A DNA stretch of 59,962 nucleotides, filler included, from Ionaspis alba (taxonomy: Eukaryota): the NCBI GenBank assembly GCA_964255285.1. It is 4 parts of 4 records of this genome, joined end to end, with 100 filler letters (N's around TTAATTAATTAA, not from the genome) between each part and the next. Parts side by side here need not be neighbours in the genome. Positions count along the whole stretch, not along the records: positions 30,070 to 44,983 come from CAXUUL010000395.1; positions 45,084 to 59,962 come from CAXUUL010000396.1; 2 more parts are not named here. One strand, given 5' to 3'. The position numbers and the translations under genes were made by a program. Shown one piece after another: positions 38,917 to 52,798 of this stretch. The notes under the pieces are model-generated. The model was given only the letters and a program-made list of their open reading frames with translations, made no database searches and had not been told where the DNA came from. The stretch's first letter is position 1. The number at the start of each line of letters is the position of its first letter.

Positions 38917-39444
38917 GGATAGCGGGTGGCGTTTGGATCAACTATGGTGATGGGGTGGTGGGGCGTTGAGAAGTGTGGGAGAGGGATATACCAGCTTCTT
39001 GTGGCATAGATTGGCTCCTTGGGAGGGATTTGGGGAGGACGAATATATTAATAGACAAAAAGTACAGATGTTGGCTCTCGTAACTGGCCGGATCTGACGT
39101 CGTTTTGCTTGAACTTGTGATCTGCTATACTAGCTATGCCCTCGCAATATTACATCGCATTTCTAGATAGGTCCAGTCGAATGGAAAAATCAACTTCGTA
39201 GAGCTGATCGATTGTCTTTAATGGATAGGGCCGAAATAAGCCTTGTTTTGACCAATAGAGCTGCAGAGATTTCGACAGGGGTCTCGCGTGCTCGTTGATG
39301 TCAGACTAAATTTTTCTCCTTGCTCCCTAATTGAACTGCATCGCAAACTTCATTTTTGACGCCACCTACTTCACTTTCCTCTAATAGAGAGTTTGGTGAT
39401 TGTTTGATGCTGGTAAAGCCTACTTGAATTGTTTCTACAGGACT

Positions 39445-42400
39445 ATGATAGTCCGGGCCGCGCGGAGGAAGCCATTACACCATGCCTCCAGAGCTCTTCT
39501 GCCAGCATTCGAGCAGCTTCACCTCCCCTGGCTATGTCCTGCGCTTCTGGGACAACCGGCTTCCCATCAGCCTCGAAGGAGTACCGCGACGGTATCCGAC
39601 AAGAGACCTTCAGTCCCGCTGACCTCGTTGCCACAAAGATGTCAAGCTGTTACCACACCCCCGAAGCACCAGCAAGGCAGAGGTTTTGCCTACGCTACGG
39701 TCGGCGACTATTCAAACAACGCAGAAGAATACATCCCATTCGAAAATCCAGATGCATCACGTGGATCTCCAGCGCGCTCATGGGGTCAACTAGACAGTCT
39801 CTCCACCCTACCCTCATTCGACCCTTCCTCGCCTCTCATCATGGACGACTCAACTGTGCCATCTCCACGTGTATTCAGGAATATCAATGGACTTGGGGGA
39901 GACGTATCTGAGATGCAACAGACATTAACGGCCTGCATCCAGGTTGGCCGGTGGGATCGAGCGGCAGCCACGATGCGCAGACTCAATTCGATATACAAAC
40001 CAGATGCGCAGGAGCTCACCCAATTACATAACAAATACATCAGAGCTTTAATCAGTCGGGTCATCAATACAAAGGACCAAGCGTTGTTGAAGCAGGCTCA
40101 GCGATGGTTCGAGGTTGATATGCGTGGCAAAGGTGTTAGGCCGGATGAGGTCACCTACGCTTTGATGATACGTGCAGCTTTTCAGGAAGCGAATGAGCTC
40201 AAGGTGGATCGTACTATCCGCAGATACATCGACTTGGCCGATCGGGCGGGGTTTCGTGATCAAGCCATGGAAACTACGTTAAATATGCTAAACTCACATG
40301 AGATTGGACGTCTCATTAGGGTACGTTAGAATGGCTTCCATGAAGAACAACTTGCTACGATAGAACATCACTGATATTTTTTCACACAGATTGCACCGAC
40401 TACGTTCAATACAGCTGAAGATATCGTGATCGAGAACGCCGAACAGGAGGAATCTATCGAAACACGCAAGATGGATGAAGTTCTTCCTCAAGTCTCTGGA
40501 ACCTCGAATGTTGCCCCTGTACGATCCACCGAACAAAAGGGGGTTGGACTTAGCGCTTTGAAGAAGTCTCTGGCTATCTTCTCCGCTTTACCACAAGTCC
40601 CATTTCCCGATGACACGCAAAGTACAGATGAAGATCGAAGACGAGCCTTCAACTATATGCGTCAGGAGCGTCTCGAGAAAGATACATTTGCCGCAGCGTT
40701 GGACCGTTGGCGCTTGGAGCACAGCCAGGCCCCAAGTAGGGGTGGCGTCGATGGTGTCTTGCAGACTAAGACGATCGGCGCCTTGATGTGGACATGGCAT
40801 GAAGCGCTGACACCTCTCATTCGAGAAGAGATTCGCAAGGCCAACCAAGCAGAAGGATTGGAAGAAGCGGGTGCTCTTGATCGTGAAAGATGCTCCTATG
40901 GCCCATATCTTCAATATCTGTCACCTGAGAAGCTGTCTGCAGTCACAATCATATACTGCCTAGACAAGATGGCGAAGATCGGAGTTGATCGGGGAGCCAG
41001 GGTTACACCGCTAGTTGTTCAGATTGGAAAGACGATCGAGGATGAAAGTGCTGCTGAGACCATTAAGGATTGGTATGACAACTGGTTATGGAAAGGAGCA
41101 AGAGATCGCAAGCAAAGATTGAGACATCTCATCAAGATGCAAAAGAATCCGCGCTTGAAGCGACCTTCGAGTGCAATGTCTGTGGTAAACGCTCAAGAGA
41201 CATCTACCGATCAAGCAAATGCTACATCGACCGTGCACGAACCATGGTCTTCGGCAGTCCATGCACGAGTAGGCGCGGTCCTGGTATCTCTCTTGATTCA
41301 AGGTGCAAAGATGGAAGTGGTCCGCGAGGATCCCAAAACTGGACAAACTTTTAAAGAGATCCAGCCCGTTTTTTGGAATTCTCACCAGTACGAAGCTGGA
41401 AAACGGGTCGGAGTCATTCGCCTCAATGCAGCCTTGAGCGAAAAAATGAGCAAAGAGCCTATCGGGAGTGCGCTTGCTAAGTACTTACCCATGCTGACAG
41501 AGCCAATGCCATGGACGGATTACATGAGAGGTGGGTTCCTCGAGCAGTCACTTTCTGTTGTGCGGGTTGGGACCGCCCACAAACAATCTCAACAATACGT
41601 ACGAGCTGCAGCAAACAGTGGTGACATGTCTCAAGTATTTGCTGCACTGAACGTGCTAGGCAAAACACCTTGGAGAGTCAATCGTGGAGTCTTTGATGTG
41701 ATGCTTCAAGTCTGGAATAGTGGTGAAGCCATGGCCAGCATTCCTGCGGAACATCCGAAATTCGATTATCCTCCGGAACCCTCCCCATCTGATGATCTCG
41801 CGACACGAACAAAATATGCCTATCGTATGAAAGAACTGGAAGGACGACGGGATGGCTTGCACTCTGAACGATGCTTTCAGAACTTTCAGCTGGAAGTCGC
41901 CCGAGCTTTTCTAGAAGAAACATTCTACTTTCCTCACAACGTCGATTTCCGAGGCCGGGCCTATCCTGTCCCACCACATCTCAACCACATGGGCGCCGAT
42001 AACTGTCGTGGTTTGCTTCTCTTTGGCAAAGGCAAGGAGCTTGGTGAAGCCGGTCTGGTATGGCTCAAAGTCCACCTGGCCAATGTGTTTGGGTATGATA
42101 AGGCCAGTCTCCAAGAACGACGCGATTTTGCAAAAGAACATATTGACGACGTGTACGACTCTGCCACCAATCCTCTTTCAGGTGCAAGATGGTGGCTGAA
42201 AGCCGAGGATCCTTGGCAGTGTCTTGCTACCTGTATGGAGCTGAAAAATGCTCTTGACTCCCCGGATCCGACCAAGTTCATTTCGCACCTTCCAGTTCAT
42301 CAGGATGGTACTTGTAATGGACTTCAGCATTACGCTGCCCTTGGTGGTGATGCGATTGGTGCCAAGCAGGTCAATCTCGAACCTGGTGATCGACCTTCTG

Positions 42401-43907
42401 ATATCTATACTGCAGTTGCCGAAATGGTCAAGAAAGATATCGCGAATGATGCTGCGAAAGGTGATGAAACAGCCAAGTTCATCAATGGCAAGATTACTCG
42501 AAAGGTTGTCAAGCCCACCGTTATGACCAACGTTTATGGTGTCACCTTTACTGGAGCCAAGAGGCAGGTCTTGTCCCAGCTCGAGGATCTTTATCCCGAC
42601 CTTTTCAAGGATGACTTTCTAGCTGCAACCAGATCGGCTTCGTATGTCGCGAAGAAGATCTTCTCATCATTGTCCGCAATGTTCAACGGTGCCCAAGACA
42701 TTCAGTTCTGGCTAGGCGAGTGTGCTTCGCGAATCTGCGAGGCACTTTCCCCAGCACAGATGCAGCGGATTGAAGATCAAGCCAAAGGCATAGCAGGACC
42801 ATCTCCGTACGCCAGAAAAGCCATCAACGATAGCAAGAACCAAGACGAACAGACCCGCTTCAAAACCAGCGTCATCTGGACTACTCCCTTGAAAATGCCC
42901 GTCGTTCAACCATACCGCACCTCCACCTCCCGGCGCGTTCAAACTAACCTACAACAAGTCAGCTTAACCGAACCCACCGTTGCCGACCCCGTCAGCAAAC
43001 GCAAGCAACTCCAGGCCTTCCCACCCAATTTCATCCACTCCCTCGACGCAACCCACATGCTCCTCTCGGCCCTCAAATGCGACGAGCTAGGCCTCACCTT
43101 CGCCGCCGTCCACGACTCCTTCTGGACCCACGCCACGGATGTCGACACTATGAATGCCGTCCTCCGCGACGCCTTCATCCGCATGCACTCCGAGGACATC
43201 ATCGGCCGTCTGGCTGCTGAATTTGCCGCCAGGTACAAAGGCTACATGTACTTGGCTTCGGTGAAACATCACAGCCCGCTCGGGCAAAAGATCTTCAAGC
43301 TCAGAAAAGCGACCCGCAAGTCCACGAAGCCACAGAAGAAGGTCAAGATCGATGAGCTTTTGCTTGAAAGACGACGATTGCGACTACTGGAGTCGGAGAA
43401 CGCGGAGGAGAGGGCGGAAGGCGAGGCCATGATCACGCCCGCCAAGTTGTTCGCCGAGTCTGCTTCCGAGCACGATCTCGTCTCCCTCGAGGAGACCGAA
43501 GCCCTGGCTGGTGCTATTGGCAGCATGTCCGAAGCCGCAGGCACGGAAGCCGATGGCGAGAGGGAAGCAGCCGATGAGAGCGAACTGGACGAGCCTAGCT
43601 CCGCGACCGAGATCTTGTCGCCTGTTTTGGGAAAGACGAATAGGCTCGATCGTGCAAGCATGGCGTTGGAAGAGGATGAAGAGATGACCAGTGAGGAAAA
43701 GGCCGCAAAGTTGAGGTCCGCGAAGAACGAGCTTCTGCGAGCTAGGAGGAAGGTTTGGCTTTGGTTGCCGTTGACGTTTCCGCCTGTGCCTAAGAAGGTA
43801 TGTGTACCCCTACTTGAATTGGTGCTTGTGATGGAGAGTGCTAATGCGGTGTATAGGGGAGTTTCGACGTTTCGAGGCTCAAGGATAGTAAATACTTTTT
43901 TTCGTGA
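39445..43907 (+). CDS. RPO41: Mitochondrial T7-like DNA-directed RNA polymerase
   Basis: DFRGRAYP, HQDGTCNGLQHY, RKVVKPTVMTNVYG, PPNFIHSLDA, VHDSFWT and C-terminal YFFS. Introns 40321-40389 and 43798-43856. Confidence 0.97.
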
Positions 43908-44612
43908 TCTCAGGATAGGACTACTCTACTCTTCTTGACTGTCTACATTTTTGGGGTTCTACTTGTATCATATTACAGCTTCTGTGGAGGCAGTATCGCT
44001 GTGTTATTTGACTATGTTGACGGGCATTCGGGCGTGTATCGAGCATAGCTAGCGAGGCTTACTCCATTTTCTGATGCTTATTCTGTGCATCGTTGTGCTG
44101 TATATACTTTATATTGACTAGAACTAAGATGGACAGATCCAGTTGTGATTTAAGCTTACACCTTTTCTATCTATGTTATTGAACGAGTCATCTAACCTCT
44201 GGGTAGCTGGTTCACTGATGTCACGGCAGTCGAGAAGATGCGTAGTTTGGTTCAACGACACAAACAAGCCGTCGCTGCTATTGGCATGTAAGGTATCAAC
44301 CAATGTTTATAAGACAAAACCACATAGTATTCCTGAGCTATCTTAAGCTATAAGAGGCTCTAAAGAGCGTGGAGAAGAAAATCCACCGTTCCAGTCTCCG
44401 TTAATACATCATGTCGCCATCACTGAAAATTCGTAAGGAGTGTTCTATTGCATCCGCCAGCGCACAATCGCAAACAAGATCTGGAAACAAAAGGCCGTAA
44501 TTTGAGAGAAGAGGTCCAACTTTCCGCTCAACACCTTTGCAGACCGTGTTTGGTCATTGTACTAAGTTAATTGGGCCACGAAACTGCGGATTCGAGCACT
44601 CCGAAGAACAAC

Positions 44613-44983
44613 TTAGTCACCTCCTTCTCCGCCGCCATACCCTCCACCGTATCCTCCACCATACCCCTTAGTGCTGGTCACCAAAGTGGTATACGGTTGG
44701 TAGGGAGGATAGTAGGGAGTGGTCTTTGGTGGAGGATAATAAACAGGTGTAGTGGTGGGATAGGGGTAGGGAGTGGGAGTCTCCTCTTTGGTCTTGGTCT
44801 TGGTCTTGGTCTTCTTCGTCTTGGTCTCCTCTTCCTTAGAGGAGGTGGTGTATGGAGGCGGCGGGGCGTAGGTTGGTGTGCTGTAGGGTGGTGGAGTATA
44901 GACTGGGGTTGAACTGGTATAGGGAGGTGGAGTGTAAACAGAGCTCGTGTAAGGAGGAGGAGTGTATTTAGAGCTGGAGCTGG
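44613..44983 (-). CDS. Extensin-like Tyr/Pro/Thr-rich repetitive protein, C-terminal fragment
   Basis: Open frame from the scaffold edge: YTPPPYTSSVYTPPPYTSSTPVYTPPPY...KTKTKTKTK...YYPPP...GYGGGYGGGYGGGEGGD-stop. Repeats are conserved at the amino-acid level with synonymous codon variation. Confidence 0.7.
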
Positions 44984-45083
44984 NNNNNNNNNNNNNNNNN
45001 NNNNNNNNNNNNNNNNNNNNNNNNNNNTTAATTAATTAANNNNNNNNNNNNNNNNNNNNNNNNNNNNNNNNNNNNNNNNNNNN
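44984..45083. other. Artificial scaffold-joining linker
   Basis: N44 + TTAATTAATTAA + N44. Confidence 0.97.
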
Positions 45084-46497
45084 GAGGACCTCCCATCTCT
45101 GCCTTCCAGCGCTGATACTCCGTACCACGATTCTCCGGCCATGATCGATGTAACTCTTCCAACATCGAGCTGTTCTATACGTCGTCAAGACAAATTACCA
45201 ACAACAGAGAATTCTTATCTGCATATCGGAAAGACAAGGAGGGAGATGAAGTTCGAGTCCTGGCCTTCGACTTCGAATCGCGCAACACCTGAAGCACCTG
45301 TGCTTATTGACAGAGTAGGGAGTAGAACGTTAGATCCTCAACGACTGGTGGCAGAACGGCAGAACCTAGGTCAGAGCGTAGACGAAGCTCCAGCCTCTAC
45401 CCCTCCTCCTTCATTGAGACGAGCGCGAAGAGCGAAAAGAGAATCTGCACGCGGACTCTCACATCATCTAGCCATGAAAAGGAACATACATGAAATGCTT
45501 TTCAAAGAGGAGGATATGAGTCGAGATTTCGTCGCTGCAAGACTACCAGTCTTTAGAAATTCAACGCCAGCACCAAAGGCTACTCAACTCTGCGGTATGG
45601 CCTCCTCAACTCTGGAATTTCTTGGCTCCATTGGTTCTACATCTCCTCCTAGTCTGGTCTCGAACATTGACGAGTCTAGTTTCATCGGCGGGCTCACCAG
45701 AACTATATCTTCAGGATCCAAGAAGGGCCATGGCAGAAATAGATCTTGGGCAATGAGAGAGAGCAGTTTCGGTGGTGAAGAGTTCACGTATGATGCAGTT
45801 GGATCACTGAAGACAGACTTCCAGACTAGCAGTCAGAAGAAAGGCGTCTGGTGGAACCGCTGCGTGGCGAGCTTCGACGAGAACGATTCGCCGCTAGTAG
45901 GTAAGAATATCGTTGGAGCTTCTGCTAAGAAAGATGACGTGAACGGAGTGGCCCGAGATGCTCAGACCTATCCAGGACCGACTGATGACAAGGCGGTCAA
46001 GGAAGGCAGATTATCGCTACCACAGCTTCGTTCCAGCATTCCCACAGCAATTCTTTCAGGCGCTCCAACAGACTATACAGAGAAAGGAAAGGCCAAAGTT
46101 CAATCGACTGACGGACAATCCATAAAGTGCGGCACCCCAGAGCCATCTCCAACCAAGCTAACTCCAAGTGCACTAGGCACACCAAAGGAGCATCAGGTGA
46201 GTCGCGCACATACCCTCCACTCCATGGCACCAAAAACTGACATAATCGACCGTGGAGCAAGACCAAGACGCCGCTGAGCTCTGCGACTTCCTCACCACAC
46301 CGCTCTGGATCCAAAGGTCGGAAAAAGCGTTCCAAAGGCAAGCCCCAGTGGAGTCCGGTCAAGAGCAAGAGATGGTAAATAGATCCGAGGAATCCTGGAT
46401 TATTGGAACGTTTCCTTTGCCGCGTGCTACCCCACCGCGGGCATCGTCGCGTTTCTTCTCGAATGGTTCGTGGACTTCCTTTGAGTGTGAGGAGTAG
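45084..46497 (+). CDS. Hypothetical Ser-rich protein, probably 5'-truncated
   Basis: 378-aa ORF ending near a CAG|GTGAGT donor at about 46196, with a CTGAC branch site and a plausible last exon ending at 46497. No recognisable domain. Confidence 0.45.
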
Positions 46498-47853
46498 ATT
46501 ATAGAGGACTGTATGAACTTTGAGGAGGATTTCTTGTGGGCTTGCGGAGATTGACTATCCTAGTTTTGCTGGGACGATCGACATCTTTATGGAGGGCTGT
46601 TTTGGCATGGCATGGCTACTGAAGTGGCGGCATATGTTGTCGAGGTATTTGCTTTTGACTGTTACAACGACGCATTCGGTTATCTGGTTCCTTACATATA
46701 CCCAATCCACATTGCTTAGTTGCTGCGTATTCTTGCTGATGGCGTTTCCTATGCGCTCAAATGGAGGGCCTTTGCGGGAGAGGAGGGGGTCTCGGTGCCA
46801 TGCATATCGTATTTGTACTATAGCTTTCTAGCTGAGTTTTGGTACTATATCCATGATTACAATGCTCTGTAGCATGACGATTACCTTTGATCCTTCCATG
46901 TAAAGCGACTCGTGGTGGAAAACCTTGGGGATGGTGCTTGACCTCTAGCAAAACTCAGATAAAACGGTCGCTGGTGCAGTATTTGAACTGCCCTATGGGT
47001 CATGAACGAATCCTCAGTGATTATGTGGTAGGCTGTATAGACTCATAGCCATAAGATCTGTCTCGACCGAAGACGAACTCTGCTCATCTGGTTCAGTTGA
47101 CAGGGCGGTCATACTGGGGTTGTGGCGCAGTGATATCTTCACACATTGACCCAATGCTCTACGCCATTTCAACGCATAACAGGGACCTACACATGTTGGC
47201 AACATGAACGTCACAGATCCATAGAGTACCAAATTGAAAGTAACAAAACATTCTTATGATACAATCTCCTAAATTACCCCAACTCAGCACGCATGTCGAT
47301 ACCCTCAACCGCCAACAGCTACCACAACCAGCTCCCCAACAGCGCAAGCACGATCAACAGAATGAATGCAAGCGAGCCAGCCGTCACTATTAAAATGGCG
47401 TACACCCATCACCCACAGCACAGAACGCACGAATATGTCCTTCACCTCCACATCCCCAGTCTCAGCCAGTCCCGATAGAAGCCCAGACAAGAACATAAGT
47501 CCCTTCCAGCACAGAAAACAAAAAGTAGAAGAGAACGCGAGTAATGGTGGGCACGTGTACGTGCGGAACATACCGGTATGCCAGATGCGAATCACATCGC
47601 CCCAATCTAAAGTAACGCCCAGACAGAGAAAGAAGAAAAAGGTAGCAAACTTTTAAGACATGATCTCTAGACGAAGTCGGTATGGCAGTGGATCCTGCGA
47701 AAATGCAAGCGAGCACGACCCAGAGGAACAGCGGAGCCCCACGGTTTTCTGTATACACAAGCGAAGATTAGACGCAGCCAAAAGGACCGCAGCCCGAGCC
47801 CGATAAGAGTCGAGAGCGGAATGAAATTGAGAAAGGATTCCGCACACACGGAC

Positions 47854-50800
47854 TCAGGCGACGTCCTTAGAGTCGGCCTTGCCGTCCGCAAGAGGCGACC
47901 TCGATCGCTGCCGCTGCGAGATCGTCTCGGCCCTAGCGACAGGTGGCGACGAAGTAGAGGACGGTGGGGAGGCTGGGTGGTCGTTGGTTTCGCTTGAGTC
48001 GAGGCCTGCGAGAGCACTGCAAGGCGCATTAGCAACCAGGAAATCTGGAGGTTCTGCTGCCACAGCAGAATGCCAGACTTACCTGTATGCATTTGCGCTG
48101 GTCGCAGCCTCCTCTTTGTCTTTCTTTTCTCGTCCGGCTGGAGGTGTTGCTGTGCGGCTTGAGTTGCCGGATTCTTCGCCGCCGCGTGGTGCAAGTGTTC
48201 GACGTGTGTTCGAGCCACGAGCAGCGTTGAGCATCGAAGATGGAGCGAAGGACGGGGTGCCTTGAGAACTGGCTTGGCGCCTGCCACCCCCACCTAGTCG
48301 TCGAAGCTCGTCCATGCCCACGGTATTTCCCCGGTAGTCTGGAGGTGGCATGTTTTGCCCACCACCAGAGAAGTTGCGTGCGTCACCTCGACCGAGGCCC
48401 ATGCGTGGACCACCGCCGCCTCCTCTTCGTGAATTGTCTGCTTGTCGTTGGGCTTCCTTTTCTCGTTCTGCCGCGAGAGCCTGTAGAAATGTTAGCGTGG
48501 TGTTCGAAACTTGAGCTTTGAAATGCTTACCTGAGCTCTGACTTCCTCGATCGTAGTAGGTCCCTTGGAGGCGCTGTCTTTGCCTTTCCAGCCTTTCCTG
48601 CGCATCTCGACCAAGTCCTTTGAAATGATTAGCACCGTAAACACAATGAAGTTTAGTGAAACGTACCATGAGCATGAACCTCAGTCTGCTAGGTAGACCT
48701 TCGACGTTAATCATATTACTGATACGGTCAAAGTAGGCGTCCATAGTAGGTCGCATCTTCTCCTCGCTATCAAGACTCTCTCCGATCGTCTTGAGGAGAC
48801 TAGTCAATGACTCGACTTCGGCCTCATCGGGCAAACCTTCCCAGTCCACAAGCCTTTTCACGCACATATGCATGATTCTGCTAGTGAGCATACCAAGCTT
48901 GAACAGTTCTCCGATGAACCTGACCAGTCCAAGTCCACGTCTTTTTGCAGCAGCAGCAATGTAGTACTCGTCGGACAGCATCGCGGCTTCTGACTGCTCG
49001 CCCTCGGGCTTCTCCGGAAGCTTGGATTTCCACCCAGCCTCGAAGTCTTGCTGACACCTGTTGAGTAAATACTTTCTGAACAATGTGCCGCCGGCGTTGA
49101 CGTTTCCATGCTTATCCAGAGGGAGTGTCTCGTCCTTAATCTCAGGCGTCATGTACTGGAGCATGCGACTACAGAACTGCGCGTACATCTCTGCCCAGTG
49201 TTCTTCATCAGTAGCTTTTTCGAAAGTAAGCTGGATGACTTGGCGAAGAGTTCTGCCGTCGGTCTCTTTCTTTGACTGAGCCACGATATCTAGGATTTGG
49301 CCGGTGATCTTCTCGAACGTGCTAGGAGTCATCTTGTTCAACGCTGCCTTCACTTTACGCTGTACAATATCTGGTGTCAAGTAACCGTCGCCACCAGGAG
49401 GGGGACCGGCCATTCCACTACCTGTCCCAACCGACATGGGCTTCCACCCCGTCGATGACGGCTTGATAGGCTGAACCACGAGATTCGCAGTGAGCGGCAT
49501 CGACTTGGCATCCTTATCGTTGTCTCTGTGAGACTTGCCACCTTTGCTGCCGCGACCGCCAGTTCCACGAGAGCTGGGATTATTTCGTGGCGATTGAGGA
49601 TAACCCTGTGATGTCGCAGAAGTTGTCCGCATCATAGGCTGAGCAAAGCCCATTGGAAATCCGCCAGGGGCGTTCTGGTTGTACCGTAACGGCATGGTTT
49701 TGCCGCCCTGCGATTGGGTAGCCGCAAACCGGGACTCCGACGTTGTGCCAGGAGGCAGAGTCCTCCCACCAGCACCTGAGAATTGGCCGAAAGCTCCGCC
49801 GCCGAAAGAGCCTCCTGGGAGGACGCTTGCCCTGTTCGATGGTTGACGAGAAGTCATCCCGCCTGCACGTGAAGAACCTCGTGCTGAAGCTGGCGTCTCC
49901 GAACTATCACCCACGGTCTCTTTGACTTTTTCTGTCCAGGTCTCGGATGGTTTCTCGACGAAGACACCTTGGAATTGCATGAGAAAGTTCTTGTCATATC
50001 TAAACTTTCCCATCGGAGCAGCGGTATTCAGTGCGGGATTTGGAGAAGCAATAGCTGCTGGATAAGACACGTCGTTGATGGCAGTCAGAAAGCGGGCAGA
50101 CCGGAGAGATTGAAGAGCAGCACTAGGCTGAGGGGCTTCAACTGGCTTGGAAGTTTCAATTTTTAAAGCAGCTGGGACCTTCTTGCCTCCACTAGCTCCT
50201 CGAACAGGTGGACCCATTGAAGACGTGTCAGACACAGGAGTTGCAGTGCCGCTTTCGACTGGTGTGTCGGCGGCGGCGGGGCTTGCAGCTGAACGTGAGC
50301 GTGAAAGTAGATCGTCTTTCTTGAGTTCGGCGAAAAGCTTGCTCCTTTCCTTTGTATCGTCACCTTCACTTTCTTCAAGTTTCTTGATTCGAGCGTTTTC
50401 CGCAGCCTCGGCTTCCCGCTCCGCTTTCTGCAAATCTTCGTCTAGTCGAGCAGCGGCTTCGGCCTCCCGCCGTTCCTCTTCCTCCTTTTGCGCAGCCTTT
50501 TTCTTTTGGTAAGCCTCTTCTCGTTCTTTTTCTTTGAGCTCTTCTTCTGCTTCAATACGAGCCCAATATTCGTCTTCGGTTTCCCCTGTCTCGGTCAGCC
50601 CGCCTTGCTCCGCAGCACCTTGTTCTTCCTTGTGTCTAGCTTCTTGTTTTTCCTTCACTTTGGCTTCAGCCTCGGACTTTTCTCTTGCAGCACCTGCTTC
50701 CGCCTCCGCCTTCTCTTTTGCTGCAGCTGCCTCAGCTTCGGCCTTCGCTTGAGCTTCACGAGCTTCTTGTGCTTCCTTTTCCTGCTTATCTTTCAGGGTT

Positions 50801-52798
50801 TTAGCTTCCTCCTCTTCCTTTTCTTTCAACGCTTTCGAGTCTGCTTCCTCTTTTAGTCTTCTGTCCTCTGCTTTATCAGCTTCGATCTTCTTCGCAATTG
50901 CATCTCTCATCTCATTCTTCTTCTCCTCATCCGTCTTAACATTCTTGCTATCTGTGCGACTATGGTGATTGTCAGCATGACTAGGTGTTCGAGGCGGTGG
51001 GGTAGGTGTAGATGAGATGATCGCTGGCGACTTGCTGGGAGGCGCTGGCGACGCCGGCTGTTTATCGAATTTTTTGACCGCACCACTGTTTGGATCCTTA
51101 ATCACAATACCTGCACTCTTCCTTGCAGGAATTTGGAAATTAGCGGACTTTGGAGCGGGACTGTTTCCGCCTCGGCTAGCAGTGACGGAATGGCTCGGTG
51201 CAGAAGTGATAGGTGTTTGCGGTGGTCCCAAGCTGGATGCAGGTCTGTCCGACACAGCGGAGGAAGTGCGAGACATTGTCGCCGTTTGGTGTTGATTACT
51301 GTATTGGCCAGGGGTGTACGACTGTCCTTGCGTGTTCTGATAATGCGGGCGAGGCGACGCAGGTGACTGCATGTACGGCATCGCTTGAGGCACATAGGGA
51401 TGGTTATAGTAGCCATAATTAGGGTCAAACCCTGGCATACCATACTGGTTCTGGTTTCTCAACATTAGAAATTGCTCAAAATCACCAGAGTCGGGCGAAA
51501 GATTAGGAAGGAAATGATCAAAGAAACTCTGAGAGGGGATCTTCGTCTCTCTCCGAGCCGGAACAGAAGTATTGGAAATGGACGAAGAAGATAGAGGCTT
51601 TACTTGTGGAAGGCCCATTTGTGGACCATAGCCATAAGGCGATTGTGCCACTTGTTGATTGGGCATGGGCATCTGCCCTTGCTGCGGAGGCATGGGAATT
51701 GCAGAGGTCATGGCAGGACTTCGAGCTGGTGGATTTGGTGAATGCGGGTATCCCATGGGACGGCTCTGTTGTGGGTATTGAGCCATATTCTGACCACCAC
51801 GTTGATGGTTGGGAATTGGTCGATATTGTTGGTTCGGCGAGAAAGGCGGTACCTGCTGTGGGTATTGCGGACCATAGCCTCTCCCGCGGCCACCCTGTTG
51901 CTGGAAACCTCCACGTCCGCCATTTGGACCCATGCCGGCGTTGCTCATTTCTCCATGTGCAGACTGCGATGATTCACGACGGAGATGAGCCGGCTGTAGT
52001 CCAGGAGTGAGTGAGCCTGAGGGAATACCGGGCCGAAGCTGTCGCTTCTCAAACATTAGTACAATATGAACCATGCTTAATGATCTGAGAACTCACGTTC
52101 GGGTCTTCTCCTCCCAGGCTTCCAAAGCTCAATCCATTACCTTGGCCTTGCAAGCTCGAAGGCGGTCTTCCACCACTTACTGGAGGCTGTGGAATTGGCG
52201 AGGGGGATGTCTGGGGAGATGTTATGCGTGGATTGGATAACGAGTTGACTGCCAGTGAGTTTGAAGATTGGGGGTAATGAGGTTGACTATGGACGATAGC
52301 TGGCGATCCGCCTGAATTTAACGAGCCAAATTGAATTCCATTTCCGACAGCTTGCTTACCAACTGCTGGTCCACCATTAGGCATGCGCCCACTCGTGCCA
52401 GAAGCGCTAATAGTAGCCGAAGGCTTCCGACTATGATCAGTATGTGTTGACAGTGAATTTATGCCATTATTGCCATTGACAATCGTCGGGGTGGTCAAGC
52501 TTGGTACAGCAGGAGTGACATTTGGTCTGCCATTTACCGGCGGAATCGATTCAGATCTGCCATGTACTGATCCTGCGCCTGACTGCTGCGATACAGCACC
52601 ACTCTGCGCGGATGTCGAGGAGAACTGTTTCTTGGTCGCGGTTGGGTAGCTGCGACTAGAAGCACCGGCTGGCACAGCAGCAGTCTGAGGAGAAGTCGTC
52701 CCGCTCGACGGCAACGGCACTCCTTGACCCTGAGCGATGGACGATGATACAGTGCTTGGAGCTTGCGGCGGTAGAACTGGTTGACTGATACTTGTCAT
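47854..52798 (-). CDS. TIF4631: Eukaryotic translation initiation factor 4G
   Basis: eIF4E-binding motif FRYDKNFLMQF; MIF4G domain VQRKVKAALNKMTP...FEKATDE...LLNRCQ...RGLGLVRFIGELFK...SRLRFML. Introns at about 52039-52096, 51451-51603, 48618-48666, 48481-48530 and 48017-48082. Confidence 0.95.

Noticed and set aside
39445..43907. T7-like RNA polymerase as sign of a phage or linear plasmid
   Set aside because: It is the intron-containing nuclear gene for mitochondrial RNA polymerase with the normal N-terminal extension.
45245..45270. GTTCGAGTCC resembling a tRNA T-loop / B-box
   Set aside because: No T-stem pairing or cloverleaf, and it lies inside an ORF.
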